A stretch of 64,000 bases of DNA, from the NCBI RefSeq assembly GCF_008831285.2, contig NC_045138.2, forward strand, positions 21,328,001 to 21,392,000. The letters are read 5' to 3'. The position numbers were made by a program, and so were the translations under genes. The stretch is from Nymphaea colorata. Its lineage: Eukaryota. The notes under the pieces are model-generated. The model made no database searches and was not told the origin of the DNA. It worked only from the letters and a program-made list of their open reading frames with translations. Shown piece after piece: positions 39,568-53,770 of the stretch (its first letter is position 1; every line of letters begins with the position of its first letter).

Positions 39568-40967
39568 TCTCCAATATATAAAGAAAATAGAAAAAAAAAA
39601 GTTCATATTTTCTCAAATTTTTGTGATCACAAGGACATTGACAGACTTGGTCCATATTTTTGAGAGGAAGTTCTTCTAATCGGGGCTTAAATTTTTTTCC
39701 AGCAACCAACTAATGTCGGCAAAATGGTTGTCATTGTTCAAGTAACTGATCATGATGAGTGGAACAATTTATGTGGTATTCTTTAATTTGGCTAACAAAA
39801 CCACCTTCCACCGCGTATTGTGTGAGGCGAATTTTATTGTTTTTTAAAAATGCTTTTTCTTCATTTTTTCATTTTTGTATCTATAAGAGTTGCTTTTTTT
39901 CTTTTCCCATGGGTATATATTATGCTTCTTGGAAAAAAAAAATTGATTTTAGTGGAATATGTATTTCAAGAACGCTACGTTCTTCTCAAAGAGTCTGCTC
40001 AATGCTTGATTCATTAAATGATGATAGGCCCTTTCTAATAGGGTTCCTCTTTATTTTGAAGAAGAAATGCTAGCAAATAAGGTGGGTTTAGATCGGTTAC
40101 TGGATCTGCGCCATATGTGAAGTAAAATTTCCTCCTAATTGGCTTCCAATATGGTACTCCAAAGCAAGTGGGTGCATTTTATGACTTAAATTTGGTTGCA
40201 AATTGGATCATTATTTTTGGTTTAGCAAGTCCAACTTGGGTGCAGTTCTGGAAATTAAACTGATCTACACTTGCAGTTAGGGTGGAGAGAGAATTTTTTT
40301 CAGGGGCGGGTCAAACAGTCCAACAAACTTATTCGGGTAAAGTCAACATGCATATCAGTGACTTGCATATCAAACCAACTTATTCGTTGGTCAACTTGCA
40401 TATCAGTGACTCCCTTGTGTCAACTTCTCATGCGACTTGCATATCAGTGACTCCCTTTTGCAGCATGGGAAGTTGATGTCCTTGATACTCGAAATAGAGA
40501 CATGCTATCTACTAGCCCTCAACCCAAGTCATTGTGCCAACCCCCTCGGGGACATTTAACGAAATTTAGTCACTTTTTATTGATTCATTGAGAATGGCTC
40601 TGATCTAGTTCATTGGCCTCTAAAATACATTAGCTCTGAAGGGATACTCACGAAGAAATGCAGTTAGTTTGATGATGGTTCATGCATGTGAGATTGTTTC
40701 AACCAAGGAATCAATTAGATATGATGCAAAATGGATTTTGTACTATTGTAAGTCAGATATTCGATTTATGAAATCAAACCCAAAGGTCACAAGAACCAAA
40801 TTTCTAAGCCACTTGAACCGTGACTCTTAATATGACTTTGACTTGATTTTTCAACTTGTGCATCTTTATCCAATGTTAGGAATGCACATTGATGCTGGAT
40901 ATAAGTGTAAAGACATACAGACTGCTTAAAAGGGAGTCCAGATATGAGGGTAGAGACTGACCAAAAG

Positions 40968-41365
40968 TAGGGATGTGAATGGATCAGATTTGAATCAAAT
41001 ATACTCTTAATGGTATCTATTTTCTTGGATGTTCATCTACTTGGATTCGAATACGAATGAAGAAAAGCGATATCTGAATCTGTATCCAAGATCCAATTTT
41101 TACATTCATATCTTAATCCAAATCTTGAATTGAACCTGGCTAATTTTCAAAATATAAGAGTATTGGATATAGTATATCTATTTAAAACAAATATTATCTG
41201 TCAGACATTTATGTATGTCTGAATATGAATCCAATGGGATGTCATCTCTTAAATCAGAATCTGATCTGATTTTGTTAATCAGATATTAATATTTTTTCAT
41301 ATCCGATTATGATTTGAATGAACGGATAAGATGTCCGATTGTAATCCAATAAATTGACATCCCTA
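40968..41365. mobile_element. Old hAT-type MITE (ATCCG/ATCTG-repeat family)
   Basis: TIRs TAGGGATGT / ACATCCCTA; internal GGAT/ATCC repeats; no TSD retained; homologous in reverse to 47742-48112. Confidence 0.7.
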
Positions 41366-41833
41366 ATAAATGGTCAATAAGTAGCCGCACAAGGCATGTT
41401 GAGGCGGCACGGTTCATTAATTTGTTTGAGCCATTTGAACTTGGCTTGGCTTACCTTCTTCACGAGACGAGCGTGAGTTACTTAACAACAGGCGCGTGCA
41501 AACTCTTTTGGAACTTCACTCTTAAAAGTTCTAGTAATATAACATGCCGAGCCTAGTTTAAATTGGCATAAATTTTTCTAGTTTAGGACATTTCTCCCTT
41601 ATTGATAACATAACAGCAAGCCTACTCTGATTTTCTTTACACATCTCAATTTTTTCTTTCCATAATATTCAAACTGAATGAATTAAATGGTTAAGTCTAT
41701 TAGATATGTATTTAATTTGAATATAATCCATCGACATCCTTACAGCCAAGGGGCCACACCATTATAACAAACCCCCTGAGTTTGAACGCCCACATACTTA
41801 CCTGAGCTGTCCTTGTCATTGAACTGACTAATT

Positions 41834-41948
41834 AGGGGCCGTTTGGCTAATGGAAAAGTAACATTGTTTCATGAATCTACCTCAAAAAAATTGATCAGGG
41901 CATGTTCATTGAACCGTGTGTTATAGTTCCATTACCCAAATGTCCCCT
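41834..41948. mobile_element. Tourist-like MITE remnant
   Basis: TTA GGGGCCGTTTGG ... CCAAATGTCCCC TCA termini. Confidence 0.55.
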
Positions 41949-42118
41949 CATGGACCATAAATACTATGCTATATTCTCTTTTGGATCTTATGAAGCAAGA
42001 GGGAGATCATATACATTAGACATTCTCTTCTTTTAATAACATTTGTCTGGTAGATGCTCATTTCAATGCTTTCTAGATGGACAAGTAACAACTTTTTAAA
42101 ATTTAAAGTTGTCAAACG

Positions 42119-42320
42119 CAAGGGTGGAGATAGGAATTTTTCATTGCAGGACTCAAACTATAGTTTCAAAATTTTAACATGTGCCGAAATATAACTTTAT
42201 GATTTTTTTTTTATATATGTTAAACGAAAATTTTTAAAATTTACAAGCAAAAATTTGATTTTTTTTTTTTTTAAACTCAAGTGGGGATCATGGCCCTTGC
42301 CGCCCCTGCCTCTGCTCCTG
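42119..42320. mobile_element. hAT-type MITE (family B; related partial copies near 53120-53272 and 63485)
   Basis: Ends CAAGGGTGGAG / CTCTGCTCCTG; TSD GTCAAACG / GTCAAATC (6/8); internal CAAACTATAGTTTCAAAATTTT shared in reverse with about 53215-53237. Confidence 0.7.
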
Positions 42321-42810
42321 GTCAAATCGTCTCTTGGGTTAACTTACTATAGATCTGGCCTATTACATGGCTCAGTCGCTATGAGAGGTGTTTGGTAGGA
42401 AGAACATTATGTTGTTAGTACACATATATTTCAAGAACACCATGATCTTGTTCTAGGAAACCGATGCGATGCAATTATGTCCAGTGTTTGATTGTTGAAC
42501 TTAGAAACTGATAGACAAAGAAAGGTGATGTGAATGATGGGGGGTATTCTGAAGCCTGTGATTCAATGCATACTGCATGGAGCATTAGTATGTCCAAGAA
42601 AAAAAGAGGGCCCATGGCATTGAATGGTCCTTTTCTTGAATGAGAAGTTAAGGGTCTAATGTGGACATGAACAATGGTACATGTCCTGCTAAAAAGGACC
42701 AAGAGTGAAGTAATCTCTTACCTCTGTCTCTTGCATGTTTACACCTGCATGTCAAACCACTATATAAATATGAAGTGAAATCAGTTTATAGTTTTTTTTT
42801 TTAATTTTAT

Positions 42811-43173
42811 GCTGCTTAAAACCAGAGCAAAAAGTGTTTTTTGTGACGGCCAGTTGTTTTGCCACAGTTTTTAGTGACATAATGCACTTTTTACAATAGT
42901 TTTTAGTGATCAAAATGAAAAAATAACTATCTTGCTACCAAGGGAGCCGACTGATTTCAATTATGTAATTATGTAATTATATAAATATACCAGATAATTA
43001 TGTTTTCAGTCTTTCGCTGCTTAAAACCATAGCAAAAAGTGTTTTAGTGACGGCCAGTTGCCTTGCCACAGTTTTTAGTGACATAATGCACTTTTTGCAA
43101 TAGTTTTTAGTGATCAAAATGAAAAAATATCTATCTTGCTAGGAAGGGAGCCGACTGATTTCAATTATGTAAT

Positions 43174-43219
<46 letters not shown>

Positions 43220-43432
43220 AGATAATTATTTTTTTCATTTTACGCTGCTTAAAACCATAGCAAAAAGTGTTTTAGTGACCTCCAGTTGCTTTGCCACAAC
43301 TTTTAGTGACATAATGCACTTTTTCCAACAGGTTTTAGTGATCAAAATGAAAAGATAACTATCTTGCTACGGAAGGAGACGGCTGATTTCAATTATGTAA
43401 TTATATATACATATATGTATATATATATATAT
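42811..43432. repeat. Three tandem copies of a ~205-230-bp unit separated by (AT)n
   Basis: Units start GCTGCTTAAAACCA at 42811, 43016 and 43244; each carries several TTTAGTGA motifs and ends CTGATTTCAATTATGTAATTAT. Confidence 0.95.
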
Positions 43433-44664
43433 AACCAATCACATGGCTGCATTTGAAGGGATTCATCTCCCAAATCAAGTGCAGTCTATTCAATCGTGTC
43501 ACGTGATTGATCGATAATACGCTGTCGGTGATGAATTAATAGATCATTGGATGCTCGACTGGAGGCTTCAGTTCTAGGTTTCCCTTTGAACTCGACAAGG
43601 AAATAAAAATGGAGGCAGCTCATAAAGTTAAATTGAATTTGTTATATTTTTGGGACTCTCCACACCAGCCTACATGATTTTTTTTTGTTATTTCATATAT
43701 GAATTTCTTCTGCTGTTTAATTATTTAAATATCTGTTGGACCAAGTGCTCTTTAGCCGGGAATTTCTAGCTCTGCCAATGCAAGTGATTAATTAAGTTAA
43801 TCTTATAAGTAAGAATGGTTATGCTTATGGAGTCTTAAGTGTGGCATTATGGACACAGTGTCCTTGAAGATAAATTTCAGTAAGAACTGAAGTTTGGTTT
43901 CAAATGCAGCATCAGATCTGGAGGGATCAAACCCAGATCCCTAGTTTGACGATTAAAATTAAATATATGTACTTCTATCTACACATAGTTGCTACCATTT
44001 GTTAATTAGATAGGTTTCTTGAAGAGTTGTTTTAATTTTGGAACTATATGAGAGCAGCTTGAACTATTTATATCAAATTAAGTAGACTATCTAAATGCTT
44101 AGGAAATTTGAAAAAATCAGGGGAGTAAAAATCCAAAAAGTCTGCAGTGCAGGTAGTGAAGTTTTTTTTATAGAGAGAGAGAGAGAGAGAGTTTATGTGC
44201 ATTTAGGGAGATGCTGGTCCATTTATCCTCAAGAATCTTTGCAGCTATTTAATTTGAAAGGGGCTCTACCTGCAAAGAATGTCAAATTTTCTACACTGAA
44301 ATTGAAAAAGAAGATCAACCCAATGCCAATGGATATTTTTTTTACAGTTCATTCATTGTCAAATTTCCATTTCAGTCTACCTAGAAAACGATATGCTTGC
44401 TATGATGTTGAGTTCTTTATTGCCATCTCAGATTTGAAAACTTGATGGCAAACATTCTCCATCCCTTGTTGGTCCCATCGAGCACAACTCCAGACATACT
44501 GAAGGTAAATTTTTTTTTCACATTCATCTCTACCATTCAAACAATTGCTAAATTCATATTTACCCGTATATGCATGTCCACACGTGTGTGTGTGTGTGCG
44601 TGCGTTGAACTTAAGAAAACCTCTAGTACCAATATTGTCGTTGTTCTCCTGTTGGGAGTGGTTT

Positions 44665-45069
44665 GATGAATATGTCTTAATCTTTGGGTAGATTCCTGAG
44701 ACACTTACAGAGTGTTCGATGAATATGTCTTAATCTTTGGGTAGATTCCTGAGACACTCACAGAATGTCTTCACTGCCAAACAACCCTTTAAAGTACAAA
44801 TTTAGACACTTTCTATTTGGGTTATAATTTCATCAACATTGGGTTGGATGCGGATCTTACGAACCAAAGCTTGCTTAGAAAACAATTCTATGTTGTTCGA
44901 TGAATATGTCTTAATCTTTGGGTACATTCGTGAGACACTCGCAGAATGTCTTCACTGCCAAACAACCCCTTGAAGTACAAATTTAGACACTTTCTATTTG
45001 GGTTATAATTTCATCAACATTGGGTTGGGTGCGGATCTTACGAACCAAAGCTTGCTTAGAAAACAATTC
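44665..45069. repeat. 181-bp tandem duplication plus a partial third copy
   Basis: GATGAATATGTCTTAATCTTTGGGTA occurs three times; full units start at 44713 and 44894. Confidence 0.93.
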
Positions 45070-46924
45070 CAATCAAACATATGCTTAGTTAATAATTGCA
45101 AACCTACAAACATATGCACGCAAAAGCCATGAGAAGATTCATTGGATGGATCCACGGCATTAAATTCGGAGATCATGTCCAAATTTTATTAATTTGGTAC
45201 TGAATTACCAGGGAGGTGCTTCTCTGTCCAATATGTTGAGTAAATGGTCATACCAACTTCTTTATTAATGCCACAACCATTTCAATCTGCATCTACCAAG
45301 GTGGTGAATTCTGATTATTGAACTGAGAAAATTAATTGATTGTGGGGCATAGACCTCATTAAACCCCTTGTAAGGGCTGGTCTGCAGTTAGGGTTTCTTC
45401 CATTGGTTGTTGCATATTGAACTTCCCTATGCTTCCATTTTTTTTTATGAAAAGATGAAAGAAATGAAAGCGGACCCCAACTATTATATGACTATAGGAA
45501 ACTTGAAATTAATGGCCAATATCCACAGTACTCTCCGGTGAGCCGAAGGCTATTCCCACTGCATGAGTGAAGGCCGCAGCTCCTCCCTTCCTTTCATTCC
45601 CCTATGGGTTTAGGGTTGCTTTTGGTACCTTAGAGTGATGTTCAAACTACGCATCAACTTGTATATCGGTGCACTCCTTTTGTAGTGCAGATGATTTATA
45701 CTATGGAAATTTAAAACTAGCCACCTACCGATCCCGCCCCGACCGTCTCCGGGAACGTTCAAATAAAGTCAATCACACTCAAAAAAAAAAAAAACTAAAG
45801 GAAAAAAATGAATTATCAACCTTTCTTCGTCTTTTTTTGCCACATTTTTACTAGCATTAACCTCTGATACAGATTAATTTTTCTGACTGCTTGCAGTTAA
45901 ATTGTTTACCATGGGGAAAAGTTCCGTTAGAACGTAAGATTAAAGTACATGATGTAGTTGTCTGCGTTGCAAATGAGACTGGATTCACAATCAAGAGACT
46001 GCTTCATGGGGTGAAATACTTGGAACAGCCACTCACATAACATGTTTCAAGTCTGTAAAAAGAAATCATAAAAATCAGATTATCATGAAATATATTTCAG
46101 ATATGATCTGCTGCTACTCTTTGTAATTAATCTAGGTTAAATTGCAGAAGTGAAAGGAAAAAGATTGACGAATGAAGTTGAAGGAATAACATGAACGTCG
46201 AGTCTTAAATATTATTCTTCGGTTTTTGGAGTTTTAAATCCAACAATGTATTTATAAAAAAAAAAAAAAAAGACTGATGATAATGCAGATTCAGGAATTC
46301 AAATTTCACACAGATTAAGCTTCCAAATAGCCACATAAAAAACGTATTATTAAAACAAAGTATTTAAAACGTTAAAAACTGGCCACCTGAATAAAACGAG
46401 GAAAAAATGTGTTTTTTTATTTAAAACATAAAAAAGGAGAAAAACGTGGTCTATTTGCATTTTTTCATGCTTTTCACATTTTTTCATGTTCTTTGCAGTT
46501 TTTAGTTGCCAGATTTTTATTTTCACATTTTTTTACATTTTGCTTTTAAGATTTTGGCCATCTTTCCTTTTTTGGCTGAATGATCGATTGTTTTAAAATT
46601 TAAGAAAATTTTTCCATTTTTTATCAAAAACAACTTTGCCGTTTTATACCCATAGAGAAGCTTACCGTTTAAAACCTGAAAGCAATATTTGTAGCTATGT
46701 TTCTAACATATCCAACCAGATCTAACTATAAAATGGGATCATTCTTACATGGGCATGTCTTGATGAAAATTTGCATTTTTTCATACTTTTCTTTGTCTCC
46801 TAAAAGAAAAAAAAAAAAGAAAAAAACCTTCATGTTCTTGTTTTTCTCTCTAAACTGTAGACTAGTGATCCACTCTTTTTTCTCCTACTTTCCTTTTGTT
46901 TTAACCACACTTGCTTAACCCCAT

Positions 46925-46965
<41 letters not shown>

Positions 46966-47741
46966 GGGATGCTGTTGATTAATTTCTTAGTTTGCAAGGG
47001 AACATTGACGCGAAGCATATTGTTGTCGGAGAAATTTAAAGCTCCTAATTTATTAGGAACGTGATATCTCCAAAAACAAGCAAAATGAATGCATGCTTGT
47101 CTTCTAAGCACCAAGCAGCGTCCCCTCCATCCTCTTAAAACAGATCCACCAAGCACATCATCTTTATGATGATTTATTCTAAGTGTGGTCCTTTCCAGAG
47201 GGAAGAAGACAGCACAAGCAGCAGTTTCCTTGTTGGCTGACCCCTCGCTTCAGACCTCTTTATTGTAGGGGACAAACTGATTCCTCCATTAACTCCACAA
47301 TAAAAAGCGGGCAGAAGCACATTTAAAAGCTACATAGTGCTCCAGCGTCCCTGTACACTTTGATCATGCCATCAACCCCATTACCAGGACTTTATTCTAG
47401 TGGTCCATCTTCTCTTGCTTCCAATTTATTTCGATTCCGTGAACCGTTTGCGTCGTCCCGCCGTGCTGATTTTCAAAGTTGATGGAGGACACATGATGGT
47501 TCCGCATGTCGCCGGCCGGAGACCGCTTAAACCAGTGAAGATCTGCCAATCAGGATGAGCTAGCAATTTGTTCTTCACCTTCCAGAGTGCTGTTTAACTT
47601 ATGATTAGCTGCTTAGGATGATGAGTTTTTTTTTCTTATAGACTGATCTGCATGATCTTTTGATGATTTTCTCTTGTGGTGGACATAAACAGTTTATTGC
47701 CATGTTACATTGAGTGTGATCTCCTTGTGAAGGGCAGTGCT

Positions 47742-48112
47742 TGGGGATGTCAATATGTTCCAAATACATCAGACATGGAAAAAATTTTAATGTCCGATTA
47801 GAAAATCGGATTAGATTTTGATCAGATTCAGATATAAATAAATATCAGATCAGATTCAAACTCAGATTTAGCTTTCAATAAATATCTAATAACCAATGCT
47901 AAATCGGTCGGATTCGTTTCAAAAGTCAGCTTCGGATTGGATATGAATGTAAAAATCGCATTGAGATCGGATTCAAATTATGAAATCAGATTTTGGCTTT
48001 GGTTTTGAATATGACTTTTTTTATTTTTATTCGAGCCTCAGTATATAATTATCCAAAAGAATGGATACAATTAAGAGTATATTTGATTTGAATTTGATCT
48101 GTTGACATCTCT
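47742..48112. mobile_element. Old hAT-type MITE, reverse copy of the 40968 family
   Basis: Ends TGGGGATGTCAA / TTGACATCTCT; TTAAGAGTATATTTGATT is the reverse complement of AATCAAATATACTCTTAA near 40993. Confidence 0.65.
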
Positions 48113-48535
48113 CTTAATGCTCTATTGACCAGTGTAATTAGTAATGGTTATAATTAATAATGTTATTCATGCAAAATAGAGTTAATGTGTCAAGTCAATC
48201 AGTTGTTAAATGTATTGGCCCGATCATTAATTTGAGCACGGTATTAATATGATGTTTCTTAATTTGGTTGTTGAATAAGCTCACAGCATACTAATAAATA
48301 CAGTTGCTAATTTTCGCAGTGGAAATCTTCAGCCTTCTCGTGGACTAAGCAAGAATTAACTCCACGTGAGTTGGAAAGATGTGACGGGTCGCTTATTCTT
48401 CATAAAAATGTCGTTTCATTTCAAAAAGATGTCCTCAAGGGATGAACCAATTTATGTAGCAGTGAGAAAAATCATTTGAAGATTCAACAAGATCGTAGTG
48501 CATGTCATTGTCTTTCTATGTCATGGTCTCATCAT

Positions 48536-48896
48536 TAGTTTTGTACAATGAGTCAAGCCAGCTTGAGCTCGACTCGAACCCAACTCATTTATAAACAAGT
48601 CGAGCTCAAGTTAAAATGTACGTTTGAAATGTTAAATGAATCGAGTTCGAGTTGTAAGAACTCAACTCGTTCAAGATCGACTCAGCACGACTAGCTAGTA
48701 AATGCTAAAATATATCGAGAGAATAGTTAAACAAGTAGCAACTAAACGAGTTGCAAGAGTTAACAAGTTAAGAGAAACTAGACAGACTTAACAAAAATGA
48801 GTAAAACGAGTTGTACAAGTCGAGTTTGAGTAGATGTTGTATTGTTGAATCGAGTTCGAGCATGTTCTATGCAGCTCGACTCTGTATGCAGCCATA
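48536..48896. mobile_element. hAT-type MITE (GAGCTCGA-repeat family)
   Basis: TCGAGY/RCTCGA repeats; degenerate TIRs; TSD CTCATCAT / CTTATCAT (7/8). Confidence 0.75.
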
Positions 48897-49609
48897 CTTA
48901 TCATTTTACTAATTGTGAAAGATATATGCGTGCATTTGTAGAAATTTAATAGTAGTTATGCCAATTTTTTCATGATTACATTTGTTGGTATGCTAATCAC
49001 ACTTAAAATCTTCCAGCCTCTTACAGCACATGGCAATCACACTTGCCCGATTCTCATGGAGTTTTCGAAGGCCGAAGGTGAATGAATAAAAAAATTAATT
49101 TGATCGTTTATGAAAAAATGAACACTTTTCTAAGTGGGTTTAAGCTTTCTGATGATGTTTTTCAAGTGAGTAGGGAGAGTATTTCATCTTACCACTTATC
49201 TTACTACTTAGGAAGAGTGTCGAACCTCTCATCCAACTTATTATCTCCATAAATACAGCTTTTAGTATCTCGAGTGTTGTTTCATGTCTTGTCGTACTCT
49301 TTTTTAAGCTCTCACCCTAAGAGTTGCATCAACTCACACTAAACAACACGATGTTTTCGTAAGATAACATATGACATGCACGGCCATGTCCTACAGAAGT
49401 TGCCGGTTAGCTCTGTCGTTGAGTTCAAGAACGTACCCACAGCATTTACTGCTACAAAGTACCACAACGAATTTCTCTAAGAGCACCGAAGAAATGAGGA
49501 AACATGAAATATCTGCTACCATGTCCCGATAAATTGCAAATGACTGCCATCTATGGCAACCATGGGTTAGTCGAGGTGCGAGAGGCTTCTTTCCGCATTC
49601 TTCGTCAGA

Positions 49610-49787
49610 CAGAGGCGGAGCTATATTGTAGCTTGTGTGGGCAATTGTCCGCACCAGTCCACAAAAGTTACTTTATTCATATATATAAACTTCAACAATT
49701 TTTAGTTTTTTATATATGAGCGCCCCTTATACTTTGAAATTTAAACTTACAGTGCCCCTCAACCAAAATTTTTTAGCTCCGCCACTG
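49610..49787. mobile_element. hAT-type MITE (family A)
   Basis: TIRs CAGAGGCGGAGCTA / TAGCTCCGCCACTG; internal GTGGGCAATTGTCCGCACCAG; TSD degenerate (5/8). Confidence 0.8.
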
Positions 49788-50446
49788 TGTTTAGAACGAA
49801 ATAAATTGATTTAGCTTGGATAATTATGTCTTAGTCTGTTCCTCATGCCGATATCGTTGATTAATTGCTCAGTCAATAATAACATTTACTTGTTTTGTTA
49901 AATATCACATATATGTGGTTGTCATCTTACATAATAATCTGTTGACCCCAAACATGAAAGCTCTAAGATGAATTATTTGAAAAAACATTTATGAGAAAAA
50001 AGCAATGTGTGTTTAAAGAATTCAAAAGCTTTTTTGCACTGATTCAAAAAATTTGGGAAAAATAAGATAGCCTCTGATATTTTCATAGATCAATGCTTTT
50101 CAATTTTTTTGGTACACCAAATTGCTAAATTCTCAATCAGTCAGTTGTAGTTTATATTGAATATGGTTGATGCATGGTTGACGGCCAAACACAGGCTGCT
50201 GGACAAAATAATGCCCCACTTACGTAAGAGAGGCATGCTCCTTATTATAAAGTAGCAACCTTTAATAATTCGCTCACATGGCAGATTACAAAAAGCTACA
50301 CACACACATAATTTGTCCACACATGCTCATAATTTATGAAGATGCAGATGTTAGATGATAACATTTGAAAAATTATGGCTAAAAAAATCTTTTTATTAAC
50401 AACAGCTACACACACACACATATAATCTTTTTATGGTGGATTTAAC

Positions 50447-50483
<37 letters not shown>

Positions 50484-51974
50484 CATCTAACTAGGGCCGT
50501 CCATCCAAAGCATTTCATGATTGAGAAAAAAATGAACAGAAAAATGTGTAAACTAATACTAGATGACAAAAATACGTATCATTTTTTTTTCTTGGTTTTT
50601 CTCTCAACTATTCATTGGATTGAATGGTCCTAACTAGATGGCGAGGTGACTCTAATAAACCAATACATGTACTGAAAAGAACATGTTCTTAAATGTACAA
50701 ATCTTATTTTATAAAGATTCAAAATCATGATTGGAACTTTTCAGTTTATAAAATCTTATCTACATGCATAAAAAGTATCAGTTTTTCATTCGGAGGTTTA
50801 TAAGTGTGGTTCTACAAAAAAAATGTGCTCACAACTGGTGTACTTCAATATGAAACAATGCTTCTCTCTCTCTCTCTTTTCTCTTTTCAAAATTGGTAGG
50901 TATCAAACCCTTAGGTGTAAAACAGTCATGAGCGTGATTGAGAGAAAAAGCTATTGATTGATGCTCGATAACTAAAATATATCATATCTCTTTTGTTTTT
51001 GTTGATTTTCTCTTAGTCATCAATCTTAAAATGATCAATGGTTAAGATAATTATGAATTTAACTCCTAAGATTCTGATAGCTACCAATTTCTCATATATA
51101 CAATCACTTGCTTTTGAACAAAACTATATAATACAAAAACAAATAAAATCGTTAAGTTCATAAATATATTAATAATAATAATGTTGAATTCAAATCCGGC
51201 CTACAAAGGTAGCAAAAATGAAACTTGGCTTCGGAGTGCTGCCGAAAGACATACTTGTCTTTATTGAATCGAGGGAAGGGAGGACGATGTTAACAACAAC
51301 AGCAACTCTCTTTACTTGTGTAACTTGCATAACTTTTTCTATAAGAATATAAATATCACTGACGGCAAATGATAACCATCATATCTTACTTGACGTATTG
51401 CGTTTGTCATTTTCTACCCCTCCATGATCCTTCCCCATCCTTGCAAAAGCAAAAAGTTTTTATTACCATTTACGCCGTCCCATTCTGACTTACTTTCTCA
51501 GCCTTTTTGCTTTTTCCCATGCTATATATATATATATATTCTCTCTCTTTCAACAAGTGATTAAAACGAAAGCAAAGAAGATTGGCTACAATAAATTATA
51601 ACATTAGCGACACACAATTTGCGTCAAGGCTCACTAGCTCAAAGAGTGTCACCAATGTCGTCGGTGAAGATCGCTTCGCTGCTTTGCCATCGACGATTTC
51701 AATTACGTCCCTAATACTAGCGACATTTTTACATCACTGTCGCAAATAGTTTGCAACACCACTACATTGTGTGGAGCTTAACAAACTTAAAAGAAGTTTG
51801 AGCACATACATAAACTCTAAATCATGTACTTGGATTATAAGACTAAAGTCTAAACCAGCTGCTAATATGATTAGCTGGTATACAAACTTTTTTCTCATTA
51901 CTTGCAATGTAAGACGCCTAGTATATAAGTTGAACTTGGCTCTCATACCAACTACTATTGTGCAAGTCAAACTA

Positions 51975-51977
<3 letters not shown>

Positions 51978-52056
<79 letters not shown>
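51978..52056. repeat. (AT)n microsatellite
   Basis: Directly visible. Confidence 0.95.
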
Positions 52057-53689
52057 TTTAAGAAATATGTGAAAATGTCTGATGTAGGGGGCAAGGTACC
52101 TTATTGTACTTTCCTGCACCTAACGTAGGTTGACTTGGGCTTGTGAGTACATGGAGCAAGTGAGAGGGCATCCAATGGAAACTGGGCCCGGCCAGATTAG
52201 TCGATGATGAACATTGTCCACAAGCCAGAACCACCTGGCAGAGCCTATTCTGGCCTAATAAGATCCGGACAGTCACGAGAAGTGGCTTAATAGAGAGCAT
52301 AAATATCATGCAACTTGAAGTATAGTGGGTGCATCATTTCCAGGCACAAAAAGTAAGTCTGGTACTTGATTTCGGCCTTTTTGTTGGGTGGTAAGATGAA
52401 ATATTCCTCCTCTTCACCCAGTATAAGACATGCCTTGACCATGACAATAGCACTTTGGTTGGGCGCCCAAACATTTTTTTAATTTTTTTTTTTGGGTTTC
52501 ATTCAATTCATCGACTAGGTGATGTTGTAAAAACATGTTCATGCGTATAACCATAGATTGGGGATACATTCATGGAATACTTTATCTGATAGGAAGTAGT
52601 GTTTCTATTACCGAACACCATATTAATTTTAATTTAGTCTTGGCACTGTGAGGTTAGTATAGGATTTACAACTAAGGTGATAGAATATCGAGGTCCAAAC
52701 TCTTCTAGATTCATTCTTGAGTTTTTTTTTTTTTTTTTTTGAGCACTTACAAAATGCAATATTTTGGTGACATAAAGATTTCACTAGATCTTGCTAATCC
52801 TTCCAAATGTTTGGAACAGAATTTTGCTAGACAGTAGGCATAACATGCATGGACATCATGTTATTCATAGCTATAGCACTAGGGCTCATAATATTCCACA
52901 CAGTTACTTTCAATGCTTTGTTGCAGATTTCACATGGTTGGTAGCCATTGATTGCACTGAAATTGGCTTCTCTACAAAGGAACCTTTCTAGCAGCAACTT
53001 AGCATGCTTGGCTACAATTAGATTTTAAGAGCATGTGTTCCACAGGGCGGCCGCGGATCATGGGTTATGTTCAACAAGTAATTATGCCTATGGTAATCAA
53101 AATTTCGTACTAAATTTTACGAGGGAAGCCGGCAGGGGCCATGTCCTTCAATTTTTTTTTTAATTGTATAGGTAATATTCAATAATTTTGAAAAAATGTA
53201 TTTCGACCCCTGTCAAAATTTTAAAACTATAGTTTGACCTCCTTAATGAAAAATTTTCTTGTTCCAAGCCTGGTCTAATCTAACTTTGTGCTCATGTTAA
53301 ATGAATGTTTCTAACAAACTAGAAATGTGAGAACTATGGATTTAAAAGGGCCAACTGACATCCAAATCTATGGATCTCTAGTTAAAGAGAAAAAGTGTGA
53401 CTTGAGATCCCTGACTTCAAAATGCAAGGATTGTGATGCATCTTTCAATTTATAAAATATTGAAGATCTTTGTTGAATTCAATTATTATAACTAATAGAA
53501 TCTAAAGATCCTAAGATCTCACATCACACTAAATCAAAGATCCAAGATAATACGTCTTATCACCCCTTAACTCATGGCAATGTACTGAATGAGAAGGGTC
53601 CACTCTAAGAAATTATTGGTACTCTTTTCAAAATATAGCACATCAAGGCCTGACTGGGTATCATACCTTTTGTCATCTTTCAAGTGCAC

Positions 53690-53707
53690 TTCTCTCTCTC
53701 TCTTTCT

Positions 53708-53767
<60 letters not shown>

Positions 53768-53770
53768 TTC
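53690..53770. repeat. (CT)n microsatellite
   Basis: Directly visible. Confidence 0.9.

Noticed and set aside
45400..45620. miR482/miR166-like pyrimidine-rich words (TTCATTCCCC)
   Set aside because: No full mature-miRNA match and no complementary star arm found.
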